64,000 nucleotides of DNA from an uncultured Gemmatimonadaceae bacterium (GCA_963781585.1 CAWAGQ010000013.1:480001-544000); one strand, 5' to 3'; positions 1 through 10,492 are shown, numbered from the stretch's first letter. The notes: generated from the sequence alone by a model not told the origin. Numbers and translations: made by a program.

Positions 1-166
1 CGGCGCGCGCTCTGAGTGCGTTGAGGTGTCATGCGGTGTTCCGGGTTGAGGGCTCCGGCGGTCCGGCGCGCGCCGCGGGCGGGCGGTCTGTCGTGGGCGA
101 CAGGGCCGAAAGATGCGGCCTGGAAATCTGAGCCGCGAGAATCAACTGCTGATGGAACGCTCTCGG

Positions 167-270
167 CTAGCGCCGTCCCTCGAGCTCTTTCACGTCGGCG
201 CGATCGCGGTCGCGGCCCGAAGCCACCTTGTTGGTCACCAGATCGGCGTTCACCGAACCGCGGACGTGCT
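167..270 (-). pseudogene. C-terminal remnant of a nucleotidyltransferase-like protein
   Basis: Minus frame reads HVRGSVNADLVTNKVASGRDRDRADVKELEGRR*, resembling the 'DLIxNKxASGRxKDxADV' tail of DUF6036-like NTases; in-frame stop immediately upstream. Confidence 0.4.
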
Positions 271-575
271 ACTGCTCGGCCAGCGTCGTGAGCGTCACGG
301 GCATCGTGCGCCGTGTGTAGGACGGGAGCGGCCGCTGAGTCAGCGCCCGCATCCGACGGCTGAGCTCAGCGAGCAATGCCAGCCGCTCTTCGGCCGAGCC
401 AGCCACCCGGGCATCACTCGCTCCGCAGCGGCACGACGCGCGCTTTCATTCGCCTTCTATCGGTCGGCATGCGTTGGAATCTAGGCGTCCGCTGCGTGGC
501 GCACAGCACCTCCTTGTGAACTGCCAGGCCGGAGCCGTGTGCGGGAATCCATGCTCAGCGCGCCGGCGAATTCGT

Positions 576-1877
576 TCACCGGTCGGCTCTCCCCTGCCCG
601 AGAGATCGCCGGTGCGTCTCCGGCGCGAACCACGTTGCAACCACGCTGATCGCGCTCGACCCCGCCATGTACCACGCCACCGCGTGCGCCCCGTCGCGCG
701 CCAGGAGCAGGGTGGCGATGAATGGCGCGAGGCCCCCGGAAAAGACCGACGCGAGCTGGTAGATGAGGGACGCGCCGCTGTATCGCACGCGGGTCGAGAA
801 CAGCTCCGCGAAGTAGGCCGCCTGCGGCCCGTACATCATGTCCTGTCCGACGTTCAACCCCAGAATGATCGCGATCGGCACGAACGCGGCGCCGAGGCCG
901 ATGAGCGGGAAGAACAGGAACGAGTAGACGAGCGACAGCACCGCGCCGGCCAGGTACACCGGACGTCGCCCAATGCGGTCGGAGAGCGCGCCGAAAATCG
1001 GATTCGAGAACAGGCCCACCACCGCCGCCACCGCCACGCCGGCGAGCATCGCCTTCCTGGAGTAGCCGAGAGTCTTTTCTCCGTAGCTCAGCACGAAGAC
1101 GGTGTAGATGTAGAAGAGCATGTTCTGCGCGAAGCGCATGCCCATGCCGACCACGATCTCCCGCGGATGGGCGCGAAAGACCTCGAGCAGCGGCGCGCGC
1201 ACCGTGTCGCGACGCTCCTGGAGATCGGTGAATGCCGGAGTCTCGAGCAGGCGGAGCCGCACGAACAGGCCGACGGCGACGAGCACCGCGCTCAGGAGAA
1301 ACGGGATGCGCCAGCCCCACGCCACGAACTGCTCGTCAGGCAGGGTTCCCGAGAAGAAGGCGAAGACGCCGGTGGAGAGGAGGAGTCCGGCCGGTACGCC
1401 CATCTGCGGCCAGCTTCCGTGAAGGCCTCGCCGGCCCGTGTCGCCCGAGTGCTCCACTGCCATCAGCACCGCGCCGCCCCACTCGCCGCCGACGCCAATT
1501 CCCTGCAGGAAGCGCAGCACCACCAGGATGACCGGCGCCCAGTAGCCGATGGCGTCGTATCCCGGCAGGATGCCCATCAGCATCGTAGCCACGCCCATGA
1601 TCAGGAGCGACCAGACGAGCGTCTTCTTACGCCCCACCCGGTCGCCGTAGTGGCCGAAGATCGCGCCGCCTAACGGACGGGCGACGAAGCCGACCGCGAA
1701 GGTGCCGTACGCGCTCAGCGTCCCGGCCAGCGGATCCAGCGTCGGGAAGAAAAGGCGGTTGAAGACCAGCGCCGCGGCGGTGCCGTAGAGGAAGAAGTCG
1801 TACCACTCAATGGTAGTGCCGATGAAGCTGGCGAAGATGACCGCGCGCAGATTCTGGCGGGTGGCTGGTTTCGTCAC
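576..1877 (-). CDS. MFS transporter, metabolite:H+ symporter (ShiA/ProP-like)
   Basis: GTTIEWYDFFLY, GHYGDRVGRK, GGEWGGA motifs; GTG start overlaps upstream stop (GTGA). Confidence 0.92.
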   Translation of the reverse strand: MTKPATRQNLRAVIFASFIGTTIEWYDFFLYGTAAALVFNRLFFPTLDPLAGTLSAYGTFAVGFVARPLGGAIFGHYGDRVGRKKTLVWSLLIMGVATMLMGILPGYDAIGYWAPVILVVLRFLQGIGVGGEWGGAVLMAVEHSGDTGRRGLHGSWPQMGVPAGLLLSTGVFAFFSGTLPDEQFVAWGWRIPFLLSAVLVAVGLFVRLRLLETPAFTDLQERRDTVRAPLLEVFRAHPREIVVGMGMRFAQNMLFYIYTVFVLSYGEKTLGYSRKAMLAGVAVAAVVGLFSNPIFGALSDRIGRRPVYLAGAVLSLVYSFLFFPLIGLGAAFVPIAIILGLNVGQDMMYGPQAAYFAELFSTRVRYSGASLIYQLASVFSGGLAPFIATLLLARDGAHAVAWYMAGSSAISVVATWFAPETHRRSLGQGRADR

Positions 1878-4156
1878 GCCTGCCGCCTCCGCTCCCACTC
1901 GACGACCGCCTCCCACCGCGGCTTCACCCGGGCAAGCAGCTGCTGGAAGCCGGGCTCCTGGCGCACGTCGTCGAGGAAAGCCCCGTACTCTGCGAGGAAC
2001 GGGTAGTTGATGAACCCGCGTTCCACCGCCTTCCCGACCCAGCGCACAGCATCGTCGCGCCGCCCGATCAGCGCATAGGCTTCGGCGGCAAACATGGAGG
2101 CGAATTCGTTCTGGAGCGCGGCCTCCATCACCGGAGTCGCGAATCGCAGGGCTCCGTCCCGATCACCCATCACCGCGTGCTGCAGGAACGACGCCCCCGA
2201 TCCCAGCGGCGTTCCCGCGAGCAGGGCGCCGGTGCGCCCCAGGATTTCGCCGGCCTCGTCCCGGAGCCCGGCGGCCGCGATCTGCATGCCGGCGATGAAG
2301 GGAACCATCGACGCCGCCGGAGCCATGGCGCACGCGCGGCGCCCGGCATCGACCGCCTCCGGAAAGCGCCCGTTCACCCACTGGTAGGAGCTGACCACGA
2401 GGTGCGTAATCGCGCTCAGGGGGTCGTCCCGGACCAGCCGATCCACAAACCGTCCGTGGTGTTGAAGCCCGGACGTGTTCGAGTACCGACAGAGTTCGGC
2501 GAGGAGGTTCGAATCGCCCGGCCACACTTCCTGTGCGTGGTAGAGGTCGGGTAGCGCGACTTCCGACAGGCCTCGACAGCCGGCTATCAGGCCGCGCACG
2601 AAGATGGCCAGCGCGTACTCCGGGTCGAGCGCGAGGGCACGCCCCACGTAGTCGGTCGCGCGAGGAAGCCCGACCTCCGCCGTCACGAGATTCATGTTGA
2701 CTTCGTTCCAGAACAGCTGCGCCTTGCTCGCGAGCAGCAGCGGCGTATCGCCGACGATCGCCAGCGCACTGTCCACGAGTTGCAGGGCACGGCCCGACGC
2801 CTCCGGCGTCCAGTTGTACATCTCCCGGCGTGAGCGCAGGTAGCAGTCGTACGCCACCGGGTTCTCGATGGGACGCGCGGCAACCTGGCGCTCCTCGCGC
2901 TCGGTCAGCGTCACCTTCAGCGCCGCGACGATCTTCCGCGCGATCTCCTCCTGAATGCCGAAGACGTCGTCCAGCGTGCCGCTGTACTTGTCACTCCAGA
3001 CCGGCTTGTCGGTGCGGGCTTCCACAAGCTCCGCGGTGACGCGTAGCGCGTTGCCGGCGCGCCGCACAGAGCCCGTGACGACGTGGCTCACTCCGAGTTC
3101 CTTCGCGAGCGTGGGAGTGTCCTTCGTCGTGCCCTTCAGCGTCATCGCTGAATTGCGCGAGATGACCCGGAGCGCGGCGACCTTCGAGAGGTCGGCGATC
3201 ACCTCTTCGGTAAGGCCGTCGACGAAATACTCGTTGTCGGAATCCTGGCTGCGGTTCACGAACGGCAGCACGACAATGGCAGCCTGGTCGCCGGTGTGCG
3301 AGGGCGACTCCGCGCGCAGCGCTGTGGCGAAGGCCTCGGCGCTCGGGGGCCGGTCTGCCGGCAGCTTGTTGAGCGCTCGCGCCAGCGCATCCGCCACTGC
3401 TGCGCTCACCGTACGCCGCGCCGTGGTGATGGGTGGAGCGGGGTCGGTGAGATGTCGTGCAATCACTGTGGCCGGATTCGAGGAGACGAACGGCGGGTCG
3501 CCGGCAAGCATCTCATACGTCAGGCACCCGAGCGCATAGACGTCGCTGCGTGCGTCGATCTCACGTTCTCCCAGGGCCTGTTCGGGGCTCATGTACGACG
3601 GGGTGCCCAGGGAGAGGCCGGTCTGTGTGAGCCGGTCGCCACCGGCGGTCGACACTGCCACGGCGATCCCGAAATCGGCCACGAGCGGTACGCCGTCCTG
3701 CAGCAGGATGTTCTCGGGCTTGATGTCGCGATGAATCACCCCGCGCCTGTGCGCGAAGTCGAGTGCGCCGGCGATGACACAGGCGATGTCCAGGGCCTCG
3801 CTCATGGAGAGCTGTCGTTCGCGCCTGAGTTTGTCGCGGAGCGTCTCCCCTTCGATGTAGGGCATGACATAGAACAGCAACCCATCCGCGGTCCCCGAAT
3901 CGAAAAGGGGAAGGATGTGCGGATGCTGCAACGACGCCGTGGTCTTGATCTCCGCCAGGAAGCGCTCGGCGCCCAGCACGGCCGCGAGCTCGGGCTTCAG
4001 GACCTTGAGCGCGACCCTGCGGCCGTGCTTCAGGTCCTCGGCGAGATACACGGTCGCCATGCCGCCCTGCCCCAGCTCGCGCTCGATGCGGTAGCGTTCG
4101 GCGAGGGCCAAGGTCAGGCGGACTGGGGACGCGGACACCGCGCGAACTTGCGACAT
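1874..4156 (-). CDS. Ser/Thr protein kinase with TolB-like and TPR C-terminal region
   Basis: GQGGMATVY, HRDIKPEN, DFGIA, GTPSYMSPEQ, then IVVLPFVN...YFVDGLTEE. Confidence 0.93.
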   Translation of the reverse strand: MSQVRAVSASPVRLTLALAERYRIERELGQGGMATVYLAEDLKHGRRVALKVLKPELAAVLGAERFLAEIKTTASLQHPHILPLFDSGTADGLLFYVMPYIEGETLRDKLRRERQLSMSEALDIACVIAGALDFAHRRGVIHRDIKPENILLQDGVPLVADFGIAVAVSTAGGDRLTQTGLSLGTPSYMSPEQALGEREIDARSDVYALGCLTYEMLAGDPPFVSSNPATVIARHLTDPAPPITTARRTVSAAVADALARALNKLPADRPPSAEAFATALRAESPSHTGDQAAIVVLPFVNRSQDSDNEYFVDGLTEEVIADLSKVAALRVISRNSAMTLKGTTKDTPTLAKELGVSHVVTGSVRRAGNALRVTAELVEARTDKPVWSDKYSGTLDDVFGIQEEIARKIVAALKVTLTEREERQVAARPIENPVAYDCYLRSRREMYNWTPEASGRALQLVDSALAIVGDTPLLLASKAQLFWNEVNMNLVTAEVGLPRATDYVGRALALDPEYALAIFVRGLIAGCRGLSEVALPDLYHAQEVWPGDSNLLAELCRYSNTSGLQHHGRFVDRLVRDDPLSAITHLVVSSYQWVNGRFPEAVDAGRRACAMAPAASMVPFIAGMQIAAAGLRDEAGEILGRTGALLAGTPLGSGASFLQHAVMGDRDGALRFATPVMEAALQNEFASMFAAEAYALIGRRDDAVRWVGKAVERGFINYPFLAEYGAFLDDVRQEPGFQQLLARVKPRWEAVVEWERRRQA

Positions 4157-4384
4157 GGGTGTTCAGTGCGCCAGCGGTGCGGTCAGGTCGCGCTATCGCG
4201 CCTGATGTTGCGCGATCCCGCAACGTGCCCCTTCATCACGCGCGTCGCAATGGAGTCGGCGGGCGTCCGACATTACTCACGCAGCACACACCCCCCGACC
4301 GCGCCGCGACGGCCGCATGCAGCGACGCGCGGTCCATTAGTATGATGGGGCGCCGCGTGCGCGGCCACGACACCTCACGTATCC

Positions 4385-5500
4385 ATGAAGACTGCGTTCG
4401 GCGCCCGGCCGCGGGGCGCTAGCCTCGAACGGATGATGGCCTCGCCGCGCTGGGTGGACGGCGCGTTTCGCAACGTGCACCCGATGATCCCGAATCTGCG
4501 TGCGCCGGTGCGGATGCCGACCATCACCGAGTTCCTGATGAGCAACGGCCGGCGGGTGCCGCCCGCACCGCTGCCAGTCAGCGATCCCCGCCCGGCATGG
4601 CGTATCCCGAGCGAGTCCGGTCTTCGTGTCACGTGGATCGGGCACTCGACGCTGCTGATCGAGATGGACGGCGTCACGGTGCTCACCGATCCCGTGTGGG
4701 GCTCGCGCGCGTCCCCGTTTCGGGTCGCCGGCCCGAAACGGTTTCAGCCGCCTCCAGTTGCGCTCGAAGAGCTTCCGCCCATCGACCTGATCGTGCTCTC
4801 GCACGACCACTTCGACCATCTCGACTTTCCCACCTTCCGCAAGCTCGCGTCATGGAAGACGCCAGTCGTGACCTCGCTGGGCGTCGGTGCTCACCTGGAG
4901 GCGTGGGGCGTGCACCGCTCGCGAATCACGGAGCTCGACTGGTGGGAGAAGGCGAACGTTCCCGGCGTGGATCTCGAGATCGCCGCCACGCCGGCTCAGC
5001 ACTTCAGCGGCAGGACGATCCACGGTCGCAACTCGACGCTCTGGTCGTCATTTGTACTCCGCGGCGCCACGCACACCGTCTTCTTCGGTGCCGACACGGG
5101 ACTGACGACTCTCTATCGCGACATCGCCGCGCAGTTCGGACCGTTCGACGTGGCGATGCTCGAGGTCGGCGCCTATCACCCGGCGTGGGGCGACATCCAC
5201 CTCGGCCCGGATAACGTGATCAAGGCGCTGGGGATGCTCGGCAACCCGCCGTTCCTGCCCGTGCACTGGGGAACGTTCAACCTCGCGATGCATGCGTGGG
5301 ACTGGCCGGTCGAGCGGCTGATGGAGCTGGCGCCGCCGGCAGGGATCACGATGATGATCCCGAGGCTCGGCGAGGCGATCGAGCCGGCGATGGGAGCGCG
5401 CGTGGATCCCTGGTGGCGCCGCGTGGCGAAACGCCGATCGCCAGACGGGAAGGGCGGGGTCCGCAAAGCGGCCTCACGCGCCAGTTGGCCTCTCGACTGA
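4385..5500 (+). CDS. MBL-fold metallo-hydrolase (RomA/NAPE-PLD-like)
   Basis: TWIGHST, TDPVW, SHDHFDHLD, PAQHFSGR, PVHWGTF. Confidence 0.9.
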   Translation: MKTAFGARPRGASLERMMASPRWVDGAFRNVHPMIPNLRAPVRMPTITEFLMSNGRRVPPAPLPVSDPRPAWRIPSESGLRVTWIGHSTLLIEMDGVTVLTDPVWGSRASPFRVAGPKRFQPPPVALEELPPIDLIVLSHDHFDHLDFPTFRKLASWKTPVVTSLGVGAHLEAWGVHRSRITELDWWEKANVPGVDLEIAATPAQHFSGRTIHGRNSTLWSSFVLRGATHTVFFGADTGLTTLYRDIAAQFGPFDVAMLEVGAYHPAWGDIHLGPDNVIKALGMLGNPPFLPVHWGTFNLAMHAWDWPVERLMELAPPAGITMMIPRLGEAIEPAMGARVDPWWRRVAKRRSPDGKGGVRKAASRASWPLD

Positions 5501-5613
5501 CTCAATCCGGATCACCCTGTCCGGAGTCGTCACCCTCAAACGTTGTCATGGCGACCACCGTCGCGGCACGCTGCCGCCCCGGATGACATCTTACCACGAA
5601 CAGCGAGGTCCCC

Positions 5614-5967
5614 ATGGCCGACTTCATCTACCTCTACCGCAACTCCACCAGCGCCCGCAACGCCGCGATGGGCACGCCCGAGGCTCGTCAGAAGAGCATG
5701 GAGCGCTGGATGGCGTGGCTCCGCGACCTCGAGAACAGGGGCCACGTCCGTTCGGGCGGCCAGCCGCTCGAGCCCGCGGGCAAGATCGTGAAGGGCGGGA
5801 CGCGTGCCATTGTGGATGGCCCGTTCGTCGAGGCGAAGGACGTGATTGGCGGCTACTCGATCATCATCGCCAAGGACGCCGCGGAAGCCGCGGAGCTCGC
5901 GAAGGGCTGCCCCGCGCTCGACGACCCGGAGGGCTCGGTCGAGGTTCGTCCAGTCGCCGCGATGTAG
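5614..5967 (+). CDS. YciI/DGPF family protein
   Basis: VDGPFVEAKDVIGGY and VEVRP motifs; precedes ECF sigma factor. Confidence 0.88.
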   Translation: MADFIYLYRNSTSARNAAMGTPEARQKSMERWMAWLRDLENRGHVRSGGQPLEPAGKIVKGGTRAIVDGPFVEAKDVIGGYSIIIAKDAAEAAELAKGCPALDDPEGSVEVRPVAAM

Positions 5968-5983
5968 CGCACGCGTGAGTGCG

Positions 5984-7252
5984 ATGGAAACGGCGCCCCT
6001 GCACGAACACCTCTTCCGGCACGAGTCGGGCCGGATGATCGCCTCTCTCACGCGACTCTTCGGGGTTCAGAACCTGGCGCTGGCGGAAGACGTGGTGCAG
6101 GACGCCTTCTGCCGCGCCCTCGAAGTCTGGAAGCTGCGCGGCGTGCCGCCGAACCCGTCGGCCTGGCTGATGACCACGGCCAGAAACCGTGCGCTCGACG
6201 TCATTCGCCGCGAGCGCACGGCGCGCACGTTCGCGCCGGAGCTGACGAGGCTCCTCGAAAGCGAGTGGACCGCGGCGGCCGTCGTGGACGAGGCCTTCTC
6301 GAGCGACGTCGTCCTCGGCGAGCAGCTCCGCATGATGTTCTCGTGCTGCGATCCCGGCCTCGCGGAACCCGCACAGATCGCCCTCATCCTGAACGTGCTG
6401 TGCGGGTTCGGTGCGGCGGAAATCGCGGCCGCGTTCCTCACGGGACGCGCGGCGATCGAGAAACGCGTCACGCGGGGCAAGAAGGCGCTCGCCCGGTCCC
6501 CGACGCTGTTCGACCTCTCCGACGCCGATTTCACCGAGCGGCTCTCGGCCGTTCATCGCGCGCTCTACCTGCTGTTCAACGAGGGGTATCACGGCGCCTC
6601 GGCGAAGGACACGGTTCGCGCCGAGTTGTGCGACGAGGCGATGCGGCTCGCGGCGCTGCTGCGTGAACATCCCGCCACCCGGACGCCGTCGACCTGCGCG
6701 CTGTTGGCGCTGATGGCGCTGCACGCCGCGCGACTCCCCGCGCGTCTCGATGAAGCCGGCGAACTGCTGTCGCTCTGGGAGCAGGATCGCGCGACGTGGA
6801 ACCAGGACCTGATTGCCGACGGACGCGCGCTGCTGGAGGAATCCGCGACGGGCGACGAGGTGACAACCTACCACCTCGAAGCGGCGATCGCGGCGGTGCA
6901 TGCCACCGCGCCGTCGCTCGCCGATACCGACTGGGACGCGATCGTCAGATTCTACGACCAGCTGGTGAGAATCGCGCCTTCGGCGGTGGTCGAACTGAAT
7001 CGCGCGATCGCCATCGCGCAGCGGGACGGCCCGGACGCGGGCATCGACGCCATCGCGCGCATCGCCGACCGCGAGCGGCTGGACGCCTACCCGTTTCTGC
7101 CGGCCGCGCTTGGCGAAATGGAACGCCGGCGCGGCAATGCCGCCGAGTCGAGTCGCCACTTCAAGCTGGCGCTGTCACTCGCGCGGAGTGACGCGGAGCG
7201 GCGCTTCCTGGAGCGGCGTTCCACTGGTTGTGTCGAGCACCGTCATCAGTAG
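5984..7252 (+). CDS. ECF RNA polymerase sigma factor with TPR-like C-terminal extension (ECF42-type)
   Basis: LAEDVVQDAF, AWLMTTARNRALD, LRMMFSCC, LYLLFNEGY; typical pairing with YciI. Confidence 0.88.
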   Translation: METAPLHEHLFRHESGRMIASLTRLFGVQNLALAEDVVQDAFCRALEVWKLRGVPPNPSAWLMTTARNRALDVIRRERTARTFAPELTRLLESEWTAAAVVDEAFSSDVVLGEQLRMMFSCCDPGLAEPAQIALILNVLCGFGAAEIAAAFLTGRAAIEKRVTRGKKALARSPTLFDLSDADFTERLSAVHRALYLLFNEGYHGASAKDTVRAELCDEAMRLAALLREHPATRTPSTCALLALMALHAARLPARLDEAGELLSLWEQDRATWNQDLIADGRALLEESATGDEVTTYHLEAAIAAVHATAPSLADTDWDAIVRFYDQLVRIAPSAVVELNRAIAIAQRDGPDAGIDAIARIADRERLDAYPFLPAALGEMERRRGNAAESSRHFKLALSLARSDAERRFLERRSTGCVEHRHQ

Positions 7253-7338
7253 CTCGCGCTCGAGGCGTGTATCGGTCGGACAGGGCCGTCGCCAAGCGGG
7301 AGTGATCTGTCATCGGGAGGGTGAGGGCGGTCGTGGCG

Positions 7339-8340
7339 TCACAGCTTCAGCTTCACGAGATCCACACCGGCTTCCTTCAGCATTCGCACCGCGGTGTCGT
7401 TGAGCGGATAGGCCTCGTTGTAGACCACCCGCCGGATTCCGGCATTGATGATCATCTTGCTGCACATCAGGCAGGGCGAGTAGGTGGTGTACAGCGTGGC
7501 GTCCTTGATGGCGATGCCGTGATAGGACGCCTGCACGATGGCGTTCTCCTCCCCGTGTGAGCAGAGGCACTCCTCGAGGTTCCTGCCGCTCTCGCTGAAG
7601 CCGTTGCAGCGCGGGCATCCCCCCTCGTTGCAGTTCTTCACGCCCCGCGGCGTGCCGTTGTAGCCTGTGCTGATGATGCGCCGGTCGGAGACGACCACCG
7701 CCGCCACCTGTCGCTTCATGCAGTTGCTGCGCGCGGCCACCTGTCTGGCGATGTCCATGAAGTACTGGTCCCACGAAGGCCGGGAGAACGACACCCGAAG
7801 TTCCTGCAGCGCGGCCCCCAGCTTGTCGGCGAATTCCTCCAGGGTGCCGCTGTTCTCGATCGTGCGGTTGGCCAACCGTTCCGTTTCCAGGAGCTGCTGG
7901 GCGGCGGCGTTGCTGCTGGCGAACTCGCGTTCCTCCTGGCGGATGAAGTCCTGTAGCGTTTGCGCGTCGCCTGCGCGCTTCCGCGCCATGGATCGTTCGA
8001 ACCGGGCCTCGAGCGGGGCGAAGATGTGGAAGAGCGAGAATGATCCCGCTTTCTTGAGCGCCATGGCTTCCGCTGGATGACGGATGCTGTCCACAGCGTA
8101 GTTCCTGTCGGACTGCATCCGCGCGACGGTCAGTTGCGCCAGTGCCGCCGGACCATGGCGCTCGCGCAGCTCGTTGCCCAAGGCAGTCAGGTTCTCTCGC
8201 GTCTCCGGCAGGCCCCGTTGCCTCGCTTCCTCGCGAATGACGTCCGACAGCGAGAGGGAGGAGAACCCCTTGGTGGCAAGCACCTCGCATGCCGTCGTTT
8301 TGCCGCCGGCGTTCCTGCCCGTGAGTCCGATGATGATCAT
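7339..8340 (-). CDS. P-loop kinase / dCMP deaminase fusion
   Basis: N-terminal IGLTGRNAGGKTT P-loop; C-terminal RPSWDQYFM, TGYNG, HGEENA, PCLMC. Confidence 0.88.
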   Translation of the reverse strand: MIIIGLTGRNAGGKTTACEVLATKGFSSLSLSDVIREEARQRGLPETRENLTALGNELRERHGPAALAQLTVARMQSDRNYAVDSIRHPAEAMALKKAGSFSLFHIFAPLEARFERSMARKRAGDAQTLQDFIRQEEREFASSNAAAQQLLETERLANRTIENSGTLEEFADKLGAALQELRVSFSRPSWDQYFMDIARQVAARSNCMKRQVAAVVVSDRRIISTGYNGTPRGVKNCNEGGCPRCNGFSESGRNLEECLCSHGEENAIVQASYHGIAIKDATLYTTYSPCLMCSKMIINAGIRRVVYNEAYPLNDTAVRMLKEAGVDLVKLKL

Positions 8341-8489
8341 GGTGGCGTTCGGTGTCCCGTCAATGCGTGAAAAGATGCTGTGCACGCATCCTCGCGTAAC
8401 CCCGGCGGACCGCGGGCAATCAGAGAGAAGACGGCTGGCCGCGACAGACTGGTCGTGCGCCGAGATTAACTGTCGGTAGTACTGGCCTT

Positions 8490-8510
8490 TAGTATCGTAA
8501 GCAGCTTACG
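8490..8510 (+). promoter_or_regulatory. -10-like TAGTAT followed by palindrome CGTAAGC-A-GCTTACG (putative operator)
   Basis: Perfect 7-1-7 inverted repeat at 8496-8510, 7 nt before GTG 8518. Confidence 0.55.
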
Positions 8511-8517
8511 TTCATCG

Positions 8518-8919
8518 GTGTCGAGCATTCGAGACTATCTCGCCGAAATCGGTCGACGCGGGGGCATCAGAAGCCGCCGTGTTCTCGAACCCGGGACGGC
8601 GCGCCGCATGGTGCAGATTCGCGAGGCGAGGCGAGCCGCCAGAAACGCGAGCGCTGCGCCGGCGCGCGCCAGTGGCACTCCCGCCGACACCACCAACGCC
8701 GCGCAGGCCGTCCAGGATGCGCTCCTGAAGCGCACATCACCGGCCGACAAGCTGGCGCAGGTGGCACGACTCTCCCGCATGGTGGACCAGCTTGCGATGG
8801 CGGGACTCAAGCAACGACACCCGGCTGAGGACGAGGAGATGATTCAGGATCGCCGGGCAGAACTTCGGCTGGGCCGCAGGCTGGCCACCACGCTGCACCG
8901 CGCGCGACATGACGCCTGA
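8518..8919 (+). CDS. Hypothetical protein, partner of downstream nucleotidyltransferase
   Basis: YLAEIGRRGG N-terminus; DTT..AQAVQ..LL...SPADKL segment; overlaps next gene. Confidence 0.65.
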   Translation: MSSIRDYLAEIGRRGGIRSRRVLEPGTARRMVQIREARRAARNASAAPARASGTPADTTNAAQAVQDALLKRTSPADKLAQVARLSRMVDQLAMAGLKQRHPAEDEEMIQDRRAELRLGRRLATTLHRARHDA

Positions 8920-9478
8920 CGATGTGCAGGATCCCGTGACGATCGCGCTGAATATCGGCGCCCGGTTGGATGCGCTTGGTGTTGCCTGGGTCACGGGAGG
9001 GTCCATCGCGAGCTCGGTGCATGGGGAGCCGCGGGCCACGCAGGACGTGGACATGGTCGTGGCCCTGCGCCCCCGACACGTGAAGCCTTTGGTGGAGGCA
9101 CTCGGGCGCGACTACTACGTCGACGCAGACGAGCTGCGCTCCGCCGTGAAGTCTGCCGCCTCATTCAACGCCATTCACTTCGCCAGTGCCATCAAGGTGG
9201 ACTTCTTCGTCGCCGGAAACGACCCATTCGAGGCGGAGCGGCTGGCGTGCCGCCAGCCGGTGGGGACGCCGGGCGGGGTACTGTACGTGGACACGGCGGA
9301 GCACACACTGCTCAGGAAACTCGAGTGGTATCGTCGCGGCGGTGAGGTGTCGGAACGGCAATGGCGCGATGTGCAGGCCATCGTGCGCCTGCAGGGCGAG
9401 CGGCTCGATCGCCAGCGGCTGCGGAAGTGGGCGCGGCGACTCGGAGTCACCGACCTGCTCGTGCGGATCCTGCAGTAG
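8909..9478 (+). CDS. Nucleotidyltransferase-fold protein (DUF6036/AbiEii-like)
   Basis: GGSIAS...GEPRATQDVD motif; KLEWYRRGGEVSERQWRDV. Confidence 0.75.
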   Translation: MTPDDVQDPVTIALNIGARLDALGVAWVTGGSIASSVHGEPRATQDVDMVVALRPRHVKPLVEALGRDYYVDADELRSAVKSAASFNAIHFASAIKVDFFVAGNDPFEAERLACRQPVGTPGGVLYVDTAEHTLLRKLEWYRRGGEVSERQWRDVQAIVRLQGERLDRQRLRKWARRLGVTDLLVRILQ

Positions 9479-9598
9479 ATCGCGAGATGACGCTGCCAGC
9501 CTTGATCGCCCTCTCCACCGACGTCACCTTGAGCTCTTCCGGCAACGAGAACCAGGCGACGCCAGGCACCCGATGAAGGTGACGCAGGAGATCCGACA

Positions 9599-10492
9599 AT
9601 GGAACGGAAGAACGCCCGCGAATACCCACAGGAACTGCTCGACCTGTTCGACCGCTTCGTGCACGGCGACATCGATCGCCGTGGCTTTCTGGATCGCGCA
9701 ACGCGGTTTGCGGTTGGTGGCGTCACCGCGCAAGCGATCCTCGAAAGCCTGTCGCCCAACTTCGCCTGGGCCCGGCAGGTCGACGCGCAGGATCCGCGCA
9801 TCACGACCGAAACCGTCACCGTGCCGTCGCCCCAGGGCAATGGGAGCATCAAGGGCCACTTCGCGCGCCCAAGGACGTCGAACGGGAAACTGCCGGTCAT
9901 CCTCGTGATCCATGAGAACCGGGGACTCAACCCGTACATCGAAGACGTTGCGCGACGGCTCGCCGTGGCGAACTTCATCGCCTATGCTCCCGATGGCCTG
10001 ACGAGCGTAGGCGGCTATCCGGGCGACGAGGACAAGGCGCGTGCGCTCTTTCCGACCGTCGACCGCGAGAAGATGACGGAGGACTTCATCGCCTCGGCGC
10101 GGTGGCTCAAGGCGCGGCCTGACAGCAACGGCCGGTTGGGAGCCGTGGGCTTCTGCTTCGGCGGGGGGATAGTCAACACGCTGGCCGTGCGCATGGGCGC
10201 CGACCTGGCGGCCGGCGTGCCATTCTACGGCGGACAACCCGCCGCGGCCGACGTCGCAAAGATGAAGGCGCCACTCCTCATTCATTACGCGGGGCTCGAC
10301 ACCCGCATCAACGAAGGGTGGCCCGCCTTCGAAGCGGCGCTCAAGGCCAACCGCGTCTCGTACGAAATGCACATGTACGAGGGCGCCAACCACGGCTTCC
10401 ACAACGACACCACCCCGCGCTACGACGAAGCGGCGGCAACGCTCGCCTGGCAGCGCACGCTGGCGTTCTTCAACAAGCACCTGCGCGTGTAA
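9599..10492 (+). CDS. Dienelactone hydrolase family protein (YghX-like)
   Basis: DRRGFL twin-arginine-like; HENRGLNP, GFCFGG, HGFHNDTT. Confidence 0.92.
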   Translation: MERKNAREYPQELLDLFDRFVHGDIDRRGFLDRATRFAVGGVTAQAILESLSPNFAWARQVDAQDPRITTETVTVPSPQGNGSIKGHFARPRTSNGKLPVILVIHENRGLNPYIEDVARRLAVANFIAYAPDGLTSVGGYPGDEDKARALFPTVDREKMTEDFIASARWLKARPDSNGRLGAVGFCFGGGIVNTLAVRMGADLAAGVPFYGGQPAAADVAKMKAPLLIHYAGLDTRINEGWPAFEAALKANRVSYEMHMYEGANHGFHNDTTPRYDEAAATLAWQRTLAFFNKHLRV

